A stretch of 64,000 bases of DNA, taken from contig DXJO01000028.1 of assembly GCA_019057475.1 (NCBI GenBank), forward strand, positions 1 to 64,000, in the 5' to 3' direction. Shown here one piece after another: positions 49,181 through 59,445 of the stretch. The notes under the pieces were generated by a model. It searched no databases. It had not been told where the DNA came from and saw only the letters and a list, made by a program, of their open reading frames with translations. Position 1 is the first letter of the stretch. Each line of letters starts with the position of its first letter. Source of the stretch: Candidatus Thorarchaeota archaeon (GTDB lineage: Archaea > Asgardarchaeota > Thorarchaeia > Thorarchaeales > Thorarchaeaceae). Both the position numbers and the translations under genes were made by a program.

Positions 49181-49488
49181 CTTCTTGTTACCTCTCCCTC
49201 GGATCTTAGAACGCTAGCCAGCACTGTACCGGTCAATAGCTTCCGTTGCGGATGCTATTTCGGTGGTGATATGACGCAAGAAATCGGTCAGATTCTGCTA
49301 AGGCCCCGTCGAATCCGTTACACTTATATATAAACCCGCAATCGCACTTAAAAATCTTTCGTTTTATGCTCGGATAGCACCAATTCTAATTGTTTCCCTC
49401 TCCCCGTTCCCAATGTTGGTTTCATTTGCTATTAAAGATTGCGAAATCAGGAACTCGCCCCAAGAATGCATTTTTCCAAGTAACTGTT

Positions 49489-50010
49489 TTAACAATCGCA
49501 GTCTTCCGGACGGTCGCCGGTCGCAGCGAACTCCTCAAAGTGCTTCAGCCATTTCGGTTTCTTGGGAGCTGTCTGGATGAACTCAACGAACTTAGTAACC
49601 CGATCGATTGTTTCGGGATGAGCGATATGCTCAATCTCACAAGCGTCTATGCTTGCTATCTCCTCTTCAATGCCTATGAACAGAAAGAAATTCTTCAGTA
49701 TATTGTGAACCCTCTCAAGGTATTCGCCTATCTTTCGCCCTTGAACAGTCAGGGTTACACTTCTGTAGGGCTTGTACTTGACCATTCCTAGATCATGAAG
49801 TCGCTTGAGGGCAGAGGTAACACTTGGCGCCTTCACATCCAATGAGTTGGCAATATCAGAAACTGCGGCTGAACCCTTCTCTTTCTCAAGAATGTGAATT
49901 GTCTTGATATACTCCTCAAGAGTTCTTGTAAGCCTTGAGTCGGCTCTGCTTCGTTTAATCGACTTGATTCTTCCGTGAATAATTGGTATTCCCTCCTTAA
50001 CGCTGTACAT
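49489..50010 (-). CDS. DtxR/MntR-family metal-dependent repressor
   Basis: LEEYIKTI, SDIA..LDVKAPSVT, LTVQG, DACEIEH; start uncertain. Confidence 0.93.
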   Translation of the reverse strand: MYSVKEGIPIIHGRIKSIKRSRADSRLTRTLEEYIKTIHILEKEKGSAAVSDIANSLDVKAPSVTSALKRLHDLGMVKYKPYRSVTLTVQGRKIGEYLERVHNILKNFFLFIGIEEEIASIDACEIEHIAHPETIDRVTKFVEFIQTAPKKPKWLKHFEEFAATGDRPEDCDC

Positions 50011-50260
50011 ACCTCTTGCCCTTTGCAGTCACGTAGTATGCTTGTCCTGATACCTCGGTGTTGCAGCTGCCTGCAGACGGACAACTCGAACAGACGACCT
50101 TCTCAGAGGTTTCGCACTCAGAGAGCCTGAGGTAGCCTCTCTCAAGCAGAATCTTCAACATGTCATCTAGGGTCTCCATCTGCACTCCCACACGTTCAGC
50201 CATCTCTCTCTTGTAGAGTATGCCGTCATTCACTATTAGCTGGAGTATCTTCTTGAGCAC
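49997..50260 (-). CDS. FeoC-like wHTH protein
   Basis: wHTH followed by C...CSSCP...C. Confidence 0.8.
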   Translation of the reverse strand: MLKKILQLIVNDGILYKREMAERVGVQMETLDDMLKILLERGYLRLSECETSEKVVCSSCPSAGSCNTEVSGQAYYVTAKGKRYVQR

Positions 50261-50264
50261 TAAT

Positions 50265-50726
50265 CTATGCCCCCCTTCTCGCTCTCCTTTTTTCTCTGTG
50301 CATCGATATCGCTATCGGGAGAACTGGGATGAAGAGTAACAGTGCGGGCGTTAAATCGCCGAGGAGAATCCACTCTCTCCAATCTTCAAGTTGTAGCCAC
50401 CATCCCAAAGCGTTGGTCCCCAGGATGATAAGCTGCAGAACGAAAAGAATGCCCCCCAAAATCGATCCAACAGCTAAGTAGGCATAACCCTCCCGATCCT
50501 CTCCGAGTAGAGGACGAACTCCGGAGATGTATACAAGAGCAACAACAACCAGCATGATTCCGCCTATTGGGTCGCTAATGAGCGCGTTCAGATTCATCAT
50601 GCCGATTCCCACGAGAATCTGCAACACTCCAAGTATACCGTATCCTGCGCCAGCAAGCGCAGCGATTATGGCTGCAGTTCTAAATTCCGAGGAAGTACTT
50701 GAATGGAAACCTCCACTCCTATCCAA
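50265..50726 (-). CDS. Four-TM membrane protein in the feo operon
   Basis: Hydrophobic helices; overlaps the stop of the FeoB membrane gene. Confidence 0.75.
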   Translation of the reverse strand: MDRSGGFHSSTSSEFRTAAIIAALAGAGYGILGVLQILVGIGMMNLNALISDPIGGIMLVVVALVYISGVRPLLGEDREGYAYLAVGSILGGILFVLQLIILGTNALGWWLQLEDWREWILLGDLTPALLLFIPVLPIAISMHREKRRARRGA

Positions 50727-52026
50727 CCAACAACCCTCCTACAACAACTACAACAAGCGCCGCCGCGTATGCCAGCACTATCTGGTATACCACTGAGAAC
50801 ACAGTCCATTTGTTGGAACCTGTTTCCTTTCTTACTATGCCAATTACTGCGATACAGGGCGTATAAAGCAAGACAAACACCATGAGCGCGAGTGCCGAAA
50901 CTGGGGTGATGCTTGCAGCCAACGCCCCAGCTAATGCAGCCTCTCCCTGAGCTGCGTAGATGACACCAATTGCTTCGACGACTACTTCCTTCGCCAGCAA
51001 GCCGAAGATCAGGGCGGCGACAATCTGCCAGTTGAAGCCTAGCGGTGCAAAAATCGGCTCGAAGAGGTGCCCAAGTATGCTAACAAAGGACTCCTCAACA
51101 GGCACACCAAATCCGCCTGGACCGGTGTTCGATATGAACCACAGGATAATAGCCCCTGCCAGAAGATACGTTCCTGCTTTCTTCAGGAATAGCGATGCTC
51201 TCTCCCACATATGGATGATGGACCCGTGAAATGTTGGGACTTGGTACATCGGGAGTTCCATGAGCAATGGTGTTGATTCCTCTCTAAAAATGGTTTTTTT
51301 GAAGATCAGTGCCATAGTGACTGCCATAACAATCCCCAATATGTACAGCAGGAAGACAATGGTCCCCGCAATGTCCGGAAAGAAGACTCCCGCAATCAAT
51401 ACATAGACTGGCAATCTTGCGGCACATGACATGAGTGGGCTCACTAGGATTGTGGTCAGTCGATTTGAATCGCCGTCCACTGTCCTTGCTGCCATGATAG
51501 CTGGCACAGTACATCCAAATCCCAACAGAAGTGGTATGAATGACCTGCCCTGTAGGCCCATTCTGACCATGATGCGATCCATAACGAATGCCGCTCTCGC
51601 GAGGTACCCGCTATCTTCGAGGACGGAGATTGCAAAGTACATGAACATTATCGGAGGAACGAATACAAGTATGAAACCAACTCCCCCAATTACCCCATCT
51701 GTGAGTAAGGATGCAAGCCATGGGATTGGAATCTGAGATGTATAGCTGCCTACCCATTCAAAGATCACCTCGATAATTGCCATAAAGACAGCTGATGCCT
51801 GAAATGTGAAATTAAACATGGACCAGATTATCACTAGAAAAACAGGTAATCCGAGGTACCGGTTGAGGAACACCTTATCCAACGAGTCACTCCAGCTCCA
51901 TTTCGCGTGACCCGGTTCATAGACATCGCACAGAATCTCGCCAATTATTGAGTACCTTTCGTCAGCTAGTATTATCTGAGGGTCCATTCCTTCTTCGACA
52001 TCCAGGATTTCGCTGGACACTTTCAT
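50719..52026 (-). CDS. feoB: FeoB membrane domain (C-terminal half of split FeoB)
   Basis: LEDSGYLAR, GFGCTVPA, MSCAARLP, MELPMY, AKEVVV, YTPCIA. Confidence 0.95.
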   Translation of the reverse strand: MKVSSEILDVEEGMDPQIILADERYSIIGEILCDVYEPGHAKWSWSDSLDKVFLNRYLGLPVFLVIIWSMFNFTFQASAVFMAIIEVIFEWVGSYTSQIPIPWLASLLTDGVIGGVGFILVFVPPIMFMYFAISVLEDSGYLARAAFVMDRIMVRMGLQGRSFIPLLLGFGCTVPAIMAARTVDGDSNRLTTILVSPLMSCAARLPVYVLIAGVFFPDIAGTIVFLLYILGIVMAVTMALIFKKTIFREESTPLLMELPMYQVPTFHGSIIHMWERASLFLKKAGTYLLAGAIILWFISNTGPGGFGVPVEESFVSILGHLFEPIFAPLGFNWQIVAALIFGLLAKEVVVEAIGVIYAAQGEAALAGALAASITPVSALALMVFVLLYTPCIAVIGIVRKETGSNKWTVFSVVYQIVLAYAAALVVVVVGGLLVG

Positions 52027-52844
52027 AAGGTCACCTCCAGAAGGGTTTCCTTGAGTTCTTGATTTTCAATGAGTGACAAGATATCGGGGTCCCGTTCGAG
52101 GATTCTAAGCGCAAGCCAGCGAGGCGGGAAACGTTCCATTAGCTCTGGTTCGTTGTCAAGAATCATGACTATCTGCTTCAGGCGCTTCTCGATTCTGTTG
52201 CTGTACTTGATTACGGGCGGCCGGAGGCGTTCATATTGGCCGTGATGATGGAGCTTCGGGTGGTAGTGCAAGTGGTTTCTCTTGGGTTCTTCGCCTGGCA
52301 TGTGTTGCTCCCCCGTAGCATCGGCGGCGCCAGCCAGCTTCGCAGCAACATGATTGGGGGCAGCTCTGAGAATGGCTTCTTTCAGCTCATCCATGCCTTC
52401 CTTTTTTGTTGCGGTGGTCACAACGATTGGCACGCCCAAACGCTCGGAAAGCTTTTCGATGTCGATCTTATCCCCTCGACTTTCGACCACATCATACATG
52501 TTCAAAACAATAACGAGATTCACTTGAAGCTCAATAAGCAGGAGTGCAAGATAGAGGTTTCTCTCGAGTTGTGAGGCGTTTAGGATGTCCACGACCACAT
52601 CGGGTCGGTTGTCTACCAAGTAGTCTCGAGCTACTTGCTCATCTTCCGAACGGGCGCTAAGGCTGTAGACTCCGGGGAGGTCAATGATTTCGAACTTCTG
52701 GTCCTTGTAGGTGAAATATCCCTCTTTCATTTCAACTGTCTTGCCGGGCCAGTTGCCAGTATGCTGCTTAAGACCGGTGAGGTTGTTGAATACAACGCTC
52801 TTGCCGACGTTTGGATTCCCAATTAGGGCGACGCTAATCTTCAT
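52023..52844 (-). CDS. feoB: FeoB GTPase domain (N-terminal half of split FeoB)
   Basis: GNPNVGKS, NWPGKTVE, DLPG, NMYD; His-rich insert; start ATG 52844. Confidence 0.95.
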   Translation of the reverse strand: MKISVALIGNPNVGKSVVFNNLTGLKQHTGNWPGKTVEMKEGYFTYKDQKFEIIDLPGVYSLSARSEDEQVARDYLVDNRPDVVVDILNASQLERNLYLALLLIELQVNLVIVLNMYDVVESRGDKIDIEKLSERLGVPIVVTTATKKEGMDELKEAILRAAPNHVAAKLAGAADATGEQHMPGEEPKRNHLHYHPKLHHHGQYERLRPPVIKYSNRIEKRLKQIVMILDNEPELMERFPPRWLALRILERDPDILSLIENQELKETLLEVTL

Positions 52845-52851
52845 AGTCCCT

Positions 52852-53205
52852 TTAGACCTCCTTAACAAGAATTCTGGCGGCGAGGCGATGACCGAGAGCT
52901 ATTCTCGTTCCCCGCACTTCAACCAATACAGGACCTCTGCCTCCTCCATGAACCACTAGGAACGTACAGCCCCTTGTGAGACCCAGATCCATAATGCGTC
53001 TCACCATCTCTCTGTGGTGGTGCCTGAACAGCCCTCTGTGACGACCACCGTGTCTTGCTCCTCGCCTTCCATGACCTGCCAAGCGTCGTTGGAATCTCGG
53101 TCCCCGCTCGACTACGTCAACTAGTCTGCACATTGTCCCATCCCTTACTGTTGTCAGTGGTTTGGCTTCGATGTTTGTCACTGGTTTTCTGTCGTCCGCG
53201 GCCAT
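52852..53205 (-). CDS. feoA: FeoA with Arg/His/Gly-rich insertion
   Basis: RRIMDLGLTRG...GPVLVEVRGTRIALG...ILV; start ATG 53205. Confidence 0.9.
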   Translation of the reverse strand: MAADDRKPVTNIEAKPLTTVRDGTMCRLVDVVERGPRFQRRLAGHGRRGARHGGRHRGLFRHHHREMVRRIMDLGLTRGCTFLVVHGGGRGPVLVEVRGTRIALGHRLAARILVKEV

Positions 53206-53254
53206 GTTGGTGATTCCTCTCTGCATTATGATTTGCCCGCACAGCATTGGAAAA

Positions 53255-53304
53255 AGTTAGACTCGTCTAACTCATGCAAAAGTTAGACTTGTCTAAGATA
53301 TAAA
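53255..53304 (-). promoter_or_regulatory. feo promoter: TATA box with two tandem palindromic operators (probable DtxR-family sites)
   Basis: AGTTAGAC-TC-GTCTAACT 53255-53272 and AGTTAGAC-TT-GTCTAAGA 53281-53298; TTTATA on the minus strand at 53299-53304. Confidence 0.8.
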
Positions 53305-53422
53305 TGTTTTCAAGGCGGCTGCATAAAGCGAACAGTCGCTGCCCATGGACTAGTTGGATTGATAAATCACAAACCGAAATCATTACATATCGCGACCAGT
53401 CATCTGCGAAGAGGGAAATAGC

Positions 53423-54811
53423 ATGTCCTATCACAAAACTCCACTCAAGTATGGCACTGTTACAGTCGATGAGTTCATTCCAACTGACCTAACTGACGTA
53501 ACGGTCCTTCAGATTGCTGAATATCAGTCCGACTTCACGGATTTCAAGGCCAAGTTCAATGAGGTTCTGGCGAATCCGATAGGGTCCAAGCCTTTCGATG
53601 ATTTGGTCAAGGGTCTTTACAAAGAAGGCAAGAAAATGACCCTCCTTATCGATGATAACACAAGACCGAACATCCACACAAGAGCCCTTCTACCTCTTGT
53701 TACTGGGCGGCTGCTGAGTCTTGGTGTCCTGAAGGAAGACATCCAAATCCTCATCGCGAGTGGGTCCCACACTCCCCCCACCCCCGATAAGATTAGGGCA
53801 CGAATTCTGAATGACGAACTGCTTGCTGAGTGGAATGACAACCTGCTAATCCACAATTGTGATGATGGAAACCGTCATCTCGGCAAGAGCACTCGAGGAA
53901 CGCCTATCCTCATCGATGAGCGGGTTCTAGAGTCAAGCCTCGTAATTCCATTGAGTGACTCGGAGTACCACTATTTCGCAGGGCAAGCAGGAACTGTCAA
54001 GCTCTTTTGTCCTGGCGTCGCTGGTCGGGAGACCATTCGTGTGAACCATCCAAGGATGTTTGACTTGGAGCTTGGTTTCAACCGTGGTTGCAGCCTTGGA
54101 AACTGCGATGGGAACCCAGTCATCGAGGACATGATCGAGATTGCCACAATCGTGAAAGCAGATCTTCCAATGTTTTGCATTGACACGATTATCCACCACG
54201 GCGAAATGGTGTACATGCAAGCAGGCGACCTAATTGAGTGCCACAAGGCGGCGGCTGCGCCTTTGAAGAAGCTGAGAGTGGTTGATGTTGATGAGCCTGG
54301 TGATATTGTGTTTGTGTCAGTGGGTGAGCTCGGATTGAACCTCTATCAGGCTGGCAAGGGTGTGCACGCTGCTTGGAATGCAGTACGTCATGATCGGAAG
54401 GGATGGATTATCTTGCTTGCTCCGTGTCAGGACGGGATCGGGAATCAATCATACGAAGATGCCATGGATGCAGCAAAGGACAAGAATGTGAAAGATGCTT
54501 TGAGGTTCGTTATCGAAACCTATGGTAGCGAGCAAACTTTCAAGATAGGAAACCAGAAACCTCCTGATCTATTTCGTATCCTACTCGATGTGGCTGAGCG
54601 GAATATCAAAATCATCACAGAATTAGATCCCCAGAAAATGGGCGAGGTTTACAGGATGGAGGCATTGAACCCGGATAGTCCGGATGAGTGTCCGAAAGTT
54701 CTACGAGAACTAGTGCAGAAGTTTCTTGACGAGAGCGGAGTTTCACAGCCAAAGATCTACGTGTTGGATGATCCTGGCCTCTTGATTAAGGTGAAGAACC
54801 AGAAGCATTAG
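53423..54811 (+). CDS. LarA-family (lactate racemase-like, nickel-pincer) protein
   Basis: DDNTRP, ASGSH, HNC, YHYFAGQAGTVK..PGVAG, NLYQAGKG, PCQDG. Confidence 0.85.
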   Translation: MSYHKTPLKYGTVTVDEFIPTDLTDVTVLQIAEYQSDFTDFKAKFNEVLANPIGSKPFDDLVKGLYKEGKKMTLLIDDNTRPNIHTRALLPLVTGRLLSLGVLKEDIQILIASGSHTPPTPDKIRARILNDELLAEWNDNLLIHNCDDGNRHLGKSTRGTPILIDERVLESSLVIPLSDSEYHYFAGQAGTVKLFCPGVAGRETIRVNHPRMFDLELGFNRGCSLGNCDGNPVIEDMIEIATIVKADLPMFCIDTIIHHGEMVYMQAGDLIECHKAAAAPLKKLRVVDVDEPGDIVFVSVGELGLNLYQAGKGVHAAWNAVRHDRKGWIILLAPCQDGIGNQSYEDAMDAAKDKNVKDALRFVIETYGSEQTFKIGNQKPPDLFRILLDVAERNIKIITELDPQKMGEVYRMEALNPDSPDECPKVLRELVQKFLDESGVSQPKIYVLDDPGLLIKVKNQKH

Positions 54812-54822
54812 TAGGTTTTAGT

Positions 54823-54862
54823 TGGAGGACCTTGGAATCTGGTCCTCCAGTTCATGATTTTG
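54823..54862 (+). terminator. Hairpin terminator candidate
   Basis: TGGAGGACC-N9-GGTCCTCCA followed by a short T-rich stretch. Confidence 0.5.
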
Positions 54863-54964
54863 ATGACGTGGTTTGGTCTGGTTAACGATTCGTCAATAAC
54901 TCTTGATGTATTTGAACTATGCATCTAGAAACGCAGATCTAGACTATACTTTTTTGGATAATGG

Positions 54965-56275
54965 CTAGCAATAGCAATAATGTATGTGACTCTCGCCTTT
55001 CGGAAAGAGTGTATCAATAAATGCCTTGATATCGCCTGAGAACATGATGTCTGCATGCATTCGTTTTAGCTCTAGCAAGTCGCTCTCTCCAAAGATGAGT
55101 CTGACTAAATCGTGGTAACGAATTGAGAGGTCTCCCCAAGGTTTGACACCTAGATCTCTAACTGAATTCAATTTACCATCTTCAAAGACCAGCGAGTAGC
55201 AGTTATGATAAGTATTGATTGTCAGCTCACGTGTAAGATTTGAAAACACTGTTCCCTTAAGATGACGTTCAAGAGCAGGGACGATAGCTCGAAGTATAAG
55301 CTCCATATCGGGAACGCGAATTTGGTATTTCCAAGCAGTATCTATTGTGCCACCCAAATCAATGCAGATTCGGCTCAAATTGTCTGCTGATGTGATTGGG
55401 AGAAAGATGAGAGGGATACCATCTTTGATTGCAATTTCTTTGAGATAATGTAGCACACGCATTACACCATCATACGAGGTGATGCTACTCTCAATGACAT
55501 CAATCGATGATGTACTCCAAACCAGAGACATTGGGGAATCTTCACCATGAGTTACATATCTGAAGTAACCGTCTATCTCACCCTCGCGTTCAACTATCTT
55601 GGTCTGAAAATCAAATGCTCTCCACTTCCTTAACTGCTCCTGAATTTTCCAGAGCTCTCTACTTCTGCCACTTCGAACAAGTAAACGAGCGCCAAGCTCA
55701 CCGAATAATCGTATTATCTCATCTAAGTCAGGAATGTCTGCATCTCTGATATTGAGGGTCATGAATGAAGGTGTATCATCTGCCATTATGCGGGGAATCT
55801 GATCAACTCTTAATGCCACATGTGAAAACTGAGGTAAGGGAAACATGAAATCATAGCCAAACTGACGAAAGAATTCAGGGATTCCCTGGAGTGAAGATAT
55901 ATGATATTCGCCACGATTCAATTCTCCCTGGAATTTGGAGTAGAGTAAACGAATGAACCCTCTCTTTCTAAATTGTTCCGATGTACCAACACAGTCTAAC
56001 TCCAAATTGCGAAGAGGAACACCATCATACTCCCAGGTACTAGGAATAGCACTAAGCGATGATACTATTTCACCTGTATCTAGATTACGAATGTAAAAGT
56101 TGAGTTCGCGTTTGAAGTCAGGAAGTTGTTCTAATCGCCGTTCCAAGTAACTCGCAATCAGTTCGTTATGAATAGTAGTATTGAATTTGATGAATTCATC
56201 AACTTCATCATCGCTCTTAACGAATCCCAGTTCAAATCCTTCAGGTACGCTAAGGGAATTCGAGTCACTCTTCAA
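54965..56275 (-). CDS. GNAT acetyltransferase (Eis-like, tandem GNAT + SCP2-like tail)
   Basis: VGTSEQFRKRG, LQGIPEFFRQFGY, terminal LFPK. Confidence 0.85.
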   Translation of the reverse strand: MKSDSNSLSVPEGFELGFVKSDDEVDEFIKFNTTIHNELIASYLERRLEQLPDFKRELNFYIRNLDTGEIVSSLSAIPSTWEYDGVPLRNLELDCVGTSEQFRKRGFIRLLYSKFQGELNRGEYHISSLQGIPEFFRQFGYDFMFPLPQFSHVALRVDQIPRIMADDTPSFMTLNIRDADIPDLDEIIRLFGELGARLLVRSGRSRELWKIQEQLRKWRAFDFQTKIVEREGEIDGYFRYVTHGEDSPMSLVWSTSSIDVIESSITSYDGVMRVLHYLKEIAIKDGIPLIFLPITSADNLSRICIDLGGTIDTAWKYQIRVPDMELILRAIVPALERHLKGTVFSNLTRELTINTYHNCYSLVFEDGKLNSVRDLGVKPWGDLSIRYHDLVRLIFGESDLLELKRMHADIMFSGDIKAFIDTLFPKGESHIHYCYC

Positions 56276-56611
56276 ATCAATCCCTCAACCCAGTAGAACG
56301 CTCTTCATAGTGGGCGCACTTTGATTTCTATGTTTGTAATCGAGCAATGGATACTGGGTGCTGAGAGAAGTCAACTCTCATAGAAGTAGAAGTAGCCATT
56401 GTCTACTTGCCTTGAGATGACACCAAGAGAAGCATATATGGAGTATGCGTCTGAAGACTTCCATTGATTTGACCAGGCTTTCCTCCTTCTTGACTCTTCT
56501 CACTTCCGCGATTATGACAGAAGAAGTGCAACACAAAGGCTGGAAGACGTAGACCGACTCATAGCCACTCTGCGCGTCCACAGCCTTTGAATTGCTGATG
56601 CTCAAGTACGC

Positions 56612-59233
56612 CTATGGGGGCTCCCCCTTGTGTATCTTAATACTTCCACCGCCGAGTTCCGTTCCTCCATCACCGTTATCGTAGATAATGAATTCCTCAC
56701 CAGTTTCTACGTCCTCTGTCCAGATCTTAATCCTGAACCTATCGGGGTCGCCGATGAGATCCCCGTCCCATGCTGTGACCATGAATTTATACGAACCTAT
56801 TCCGTTGATTGTTCCGGTGCCCTTGAATATTGCCTTTGGTCCTGCAATTAACAACCAATCATAAGCATCCGAGTGGAAATTCAAATCACCTGCTTTGAAC
56901 TGGAATTCAGTGGTTCCTGTGGGTACTTCAGCACCTTTCTTATACTTGGAAACGAAGCCAAAGCTTGCTTTGCCGCTGAGAGAAGGATCCGAAGGATCTG
57001 CTCCAGGAGGTGAATCTATCCAACCACCACCAGTGACAAAACCAGCTGAGGGGTCGTAGATGACGCAGAATTGTGACCACGTCATTGTATCACTTTCATC
57101 AAAGGAATCTGTAACAGTGAGAGTGACTGTGTACACTCCAGATGTTCCGTATACATGGGAACCAGTAACTGTGCGTTCTGTTTGATCTACTGTACCCACT
57201 GAAGTTGTACCATCGCCCCAATCCCATATAGCGGAATGTATGTCATCAATGTCTGGATCGGTGAACGTTCCAGTCATTTCATAAGCGGTTTCTAATTCGA
57301 CAGGTTCCAAAGGTCCACTAATTGATATGATCTCTGGGGGCAAGTTACAGGGGTCTCTGTAAACCCGCCTGTCCACCGTGATGGAGTTGCCGAGAGTATC
57401 TGTAACTACAATGGTTATGATATTCCATTTATTGACCACAAGTCCTTCCACAGTAGTGCTGAAGGAAACCTCATTAGGATCATCTGGATTTCCGGTAGAT
57501 TCAACATCTGCTACTGTGCCGTTAACCGTTATGGATCCCACACCTGAAACATCTGTTGCTGTACCTGCCACTACGACGGTAGAACCACAGATATGTTCAG
57601 ACCCACCTGGTTGGGTTACATCAACTGTCGGAGCCTCAACATCCTGCGTAATAACGTCACCAGCTTCCACGGTAACCGTGAATTCCCCGAACTTTGTATA
57701 AGATCCCTCAACATAGGCATAGGCTCCAATGATGTGCGTCCCCGGAAATACCGTTATGGTACACTTACCGAAAGTTGTAAGTTCATCACTCCCCCACCCT
57801 TGGACTGATGAAACTATCCTATCCGCCCCAATGCCCTCGTCTGATTTTGCGACCAAGTAAGGTGAGCGAAGTTGTCCCTCCAAATCCCCGAGTAATTCTA
57901 CCCTATAATTGACGGTGATTGTAGCTGTACCATAAGAGAAGTCGACTCCACTAACTTCAGTTCCAGGCTCGACACTTATTTGAGGTGCACCGTAATTTAT
58001 CAGGAACATGTCCGACCTAATTTCAGGGTCATCATAAGTGAAGTATAGATTTTGATAAGGATAACCAATGTGCCAAGTTCCTTCATATAAAATTAACCTA
58101 TAATCACTGCCTGGAGAAGATGCCATCGCTTGACCTGCTGGGGGAGGCCAACCGTAAATCCTAGTCCCAACCAAGTTTCCATGTGCTCCATAGAGGTTAA
58201 CACTCCCGCTCACATAACCAGGATTGTAATTCCAGTTGATTTCTTTGCGTTCATCAATCGCAAGTGTTACACTTTTTCCATGGATTGCCAAAATGTTGTA
58301 ACCATCGGATCCATGGCTAAAGTATACCCATCCCCCAACCTTCCAAGTTCCTGGAAGAAGGTTGAAATCATGACCCTGACTAGCAGGATTGACGTTATGG
58401 GTTACACGGATTCTATTGCCATCGATCGTTGCAATTGCAACAAGATAGTAACTTGTGGGCGGGGACGCCTCAAATACAACATGTCCATGTAAGCTACTCG
58501 AGAAATCCAAGCTCCATTCAACAACTGTTGTTTCAGACACAATCACGTCTATATACTGGGGTGTTAGGGGGTACATTGTACCTTTGATCCAGACATCTCC
58601 ACCAACCCTGACATACGTATCACCTGAGTCAGTGTAGTCTCCATTATTATTCGCGTCATTGCTGACCCATGGTCTCATGGGAAAAGTTGATTCATCACCA
58701 TTAAGGATGAAGCCAGTTTTGGCACGTATATCATGAAATGCAGCATTGAACTCCGACTCTGGGAGCTCGAAATCCGTTGTCACACGGAATACCATTCTTT
58801 GGATCTCGGCATTCGTAACTGTCACAATTGGTGCGATACGTCCGGGAACTAATGTGAAATTGAAATTATCTACAGTTTCACCAACCGCCACATACGTATC
58901 CTGTCTGCCAATCGATACAGTGCTCCAATACCAGTACGATGGGTAACCAGCTCTTATGTGGGCTTTACTGAATACCTTATACTCATAGTCCCCTTCAACG
59001 GTCACAAAGTAACTGCCGCCTGGTACATCATAATCATGACCATCAAAATCACCTGTCAGAGAGTATGCATCTACAGTTCCGCCTGCCAGATATTCTTCTC
59101 CCATTAAACCAGTCACATCTATTGTGCCGGTAATATAGCCAGGATGCAATATGGCAGTTCCCGATACTGAAGTGACTGCAAATCCGAGTACCATTATTGC
59201 TAGCCAAACAGCTAGTGTTTTTTTACTTTTCAT
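56612..59233 (-). CDS. Secreted beta-rich protein with Ig-like and PKD domains
   Basis: Signal peptide; WDWGDGT...HVY...GVYTVTLTVTD PKD motif; C-terminal GFVTGGGWIDSP...FGFVSKYKKG domain; start ATG 59233. Confidence 0.88.
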   Translation of the reverse strand: MKSKKTLAVWLAIMVLGFAVTSVSGTAILHPGYITGTIDVTGLMGEEYLAGGTVDAYSLTGDFDGHDYDVPGGSYFVTVEGDYEYKVFSKAHIRAGYPSYWYWSTVSIGRQDTYVAVGETVDNFNFTLVPGRIAPIVTVTNAEIQRMVFRVTTDFELPESEFNAAFHDIRAKTGFILNGDESTFPMRPWVSNDANNNGDYTDSGDTYVRVGGDVWIKGTMYPLTPQYIDVIVSETTVVEWSLDFSSSLHGHVVFEASPPTSYYLVAIATIDGNRIRVTHNVNPASQGHDFNLLPGTWKVGGWVYFSHGSDGYNILAIHGKSVTLAIDERKEINWNYNPGYVSGSVNLYGAHGNLVGTRIYGWPPPAGQAMASSPGSDYRLILYEGTWHIGYPYQNLYFTYDDPEIRSDMFLINYGAPQISVEPGTEVSGVDFSYGTATITVNYRVELLGDLEGQLRSPYLVAKSDEGIGADRIVSSVQGWGSDELTTFGKCTITVFPGTHIIGAYAYVEGSYTKFGEFTVTVEAGDVITQDVEAPTVDVTQPGGSEHICGSTVVVAGTATDVSGVGSITVNGTVADVESTGNPDDPNEVSFSTTVEGLVVNKWNIITIVVTDTLGNSITVDRRVYRDPCNLPPEIISISGPLEPVELETAYEMTGTFTDPDIDDIHSAIWDWGDGTTSVGTVDQTERTVTGSHVYGTSGVYTVTLTVTDSFDESDTMTWSQFCVIYDPSAGFVTGGGWIDSPPGADPSDPSLSGKASFGFVSKYKKGAEVPTGTTEFQFKAGDLNFHSDAYDWLLIAGPKAIFKGTGTINGIGSYKFMVTAWDGDLIGDPDRFRIKIWTEDVETGEEFIIYDNGDGGTELGGGSIKIHKGEPP

Positions 59234-59445
59234 CTCACTCTTCCTCCATTCCATTATTTTCAAGTATTACAGACTATAGTAACGCTATTTTTTTTACAAT
59301 AGTCAAAGTCAAAATATGAAATTCTATAAAAATCTTGTCATTTTTTTAATAAAGAATCGATTTTTGCATATAGGTCGGATGTCGTGTCGGGAACATCCTC
59401 CGGAACTACTGCTGTGCTTTAAGTCATAGATACCATTGCACTGAA

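Noticed and set aside
52015-52045. Sequencing frameshift in feoB
   Set aside because: The ATGA overlap with a well-spaced GGAGGTGA SD fits natural translational coupling.
56378-56605. 75-aa ORF between the GNAT and PKD genes
   Set aside because: No motif or clear SD; may be degenerate DNA.
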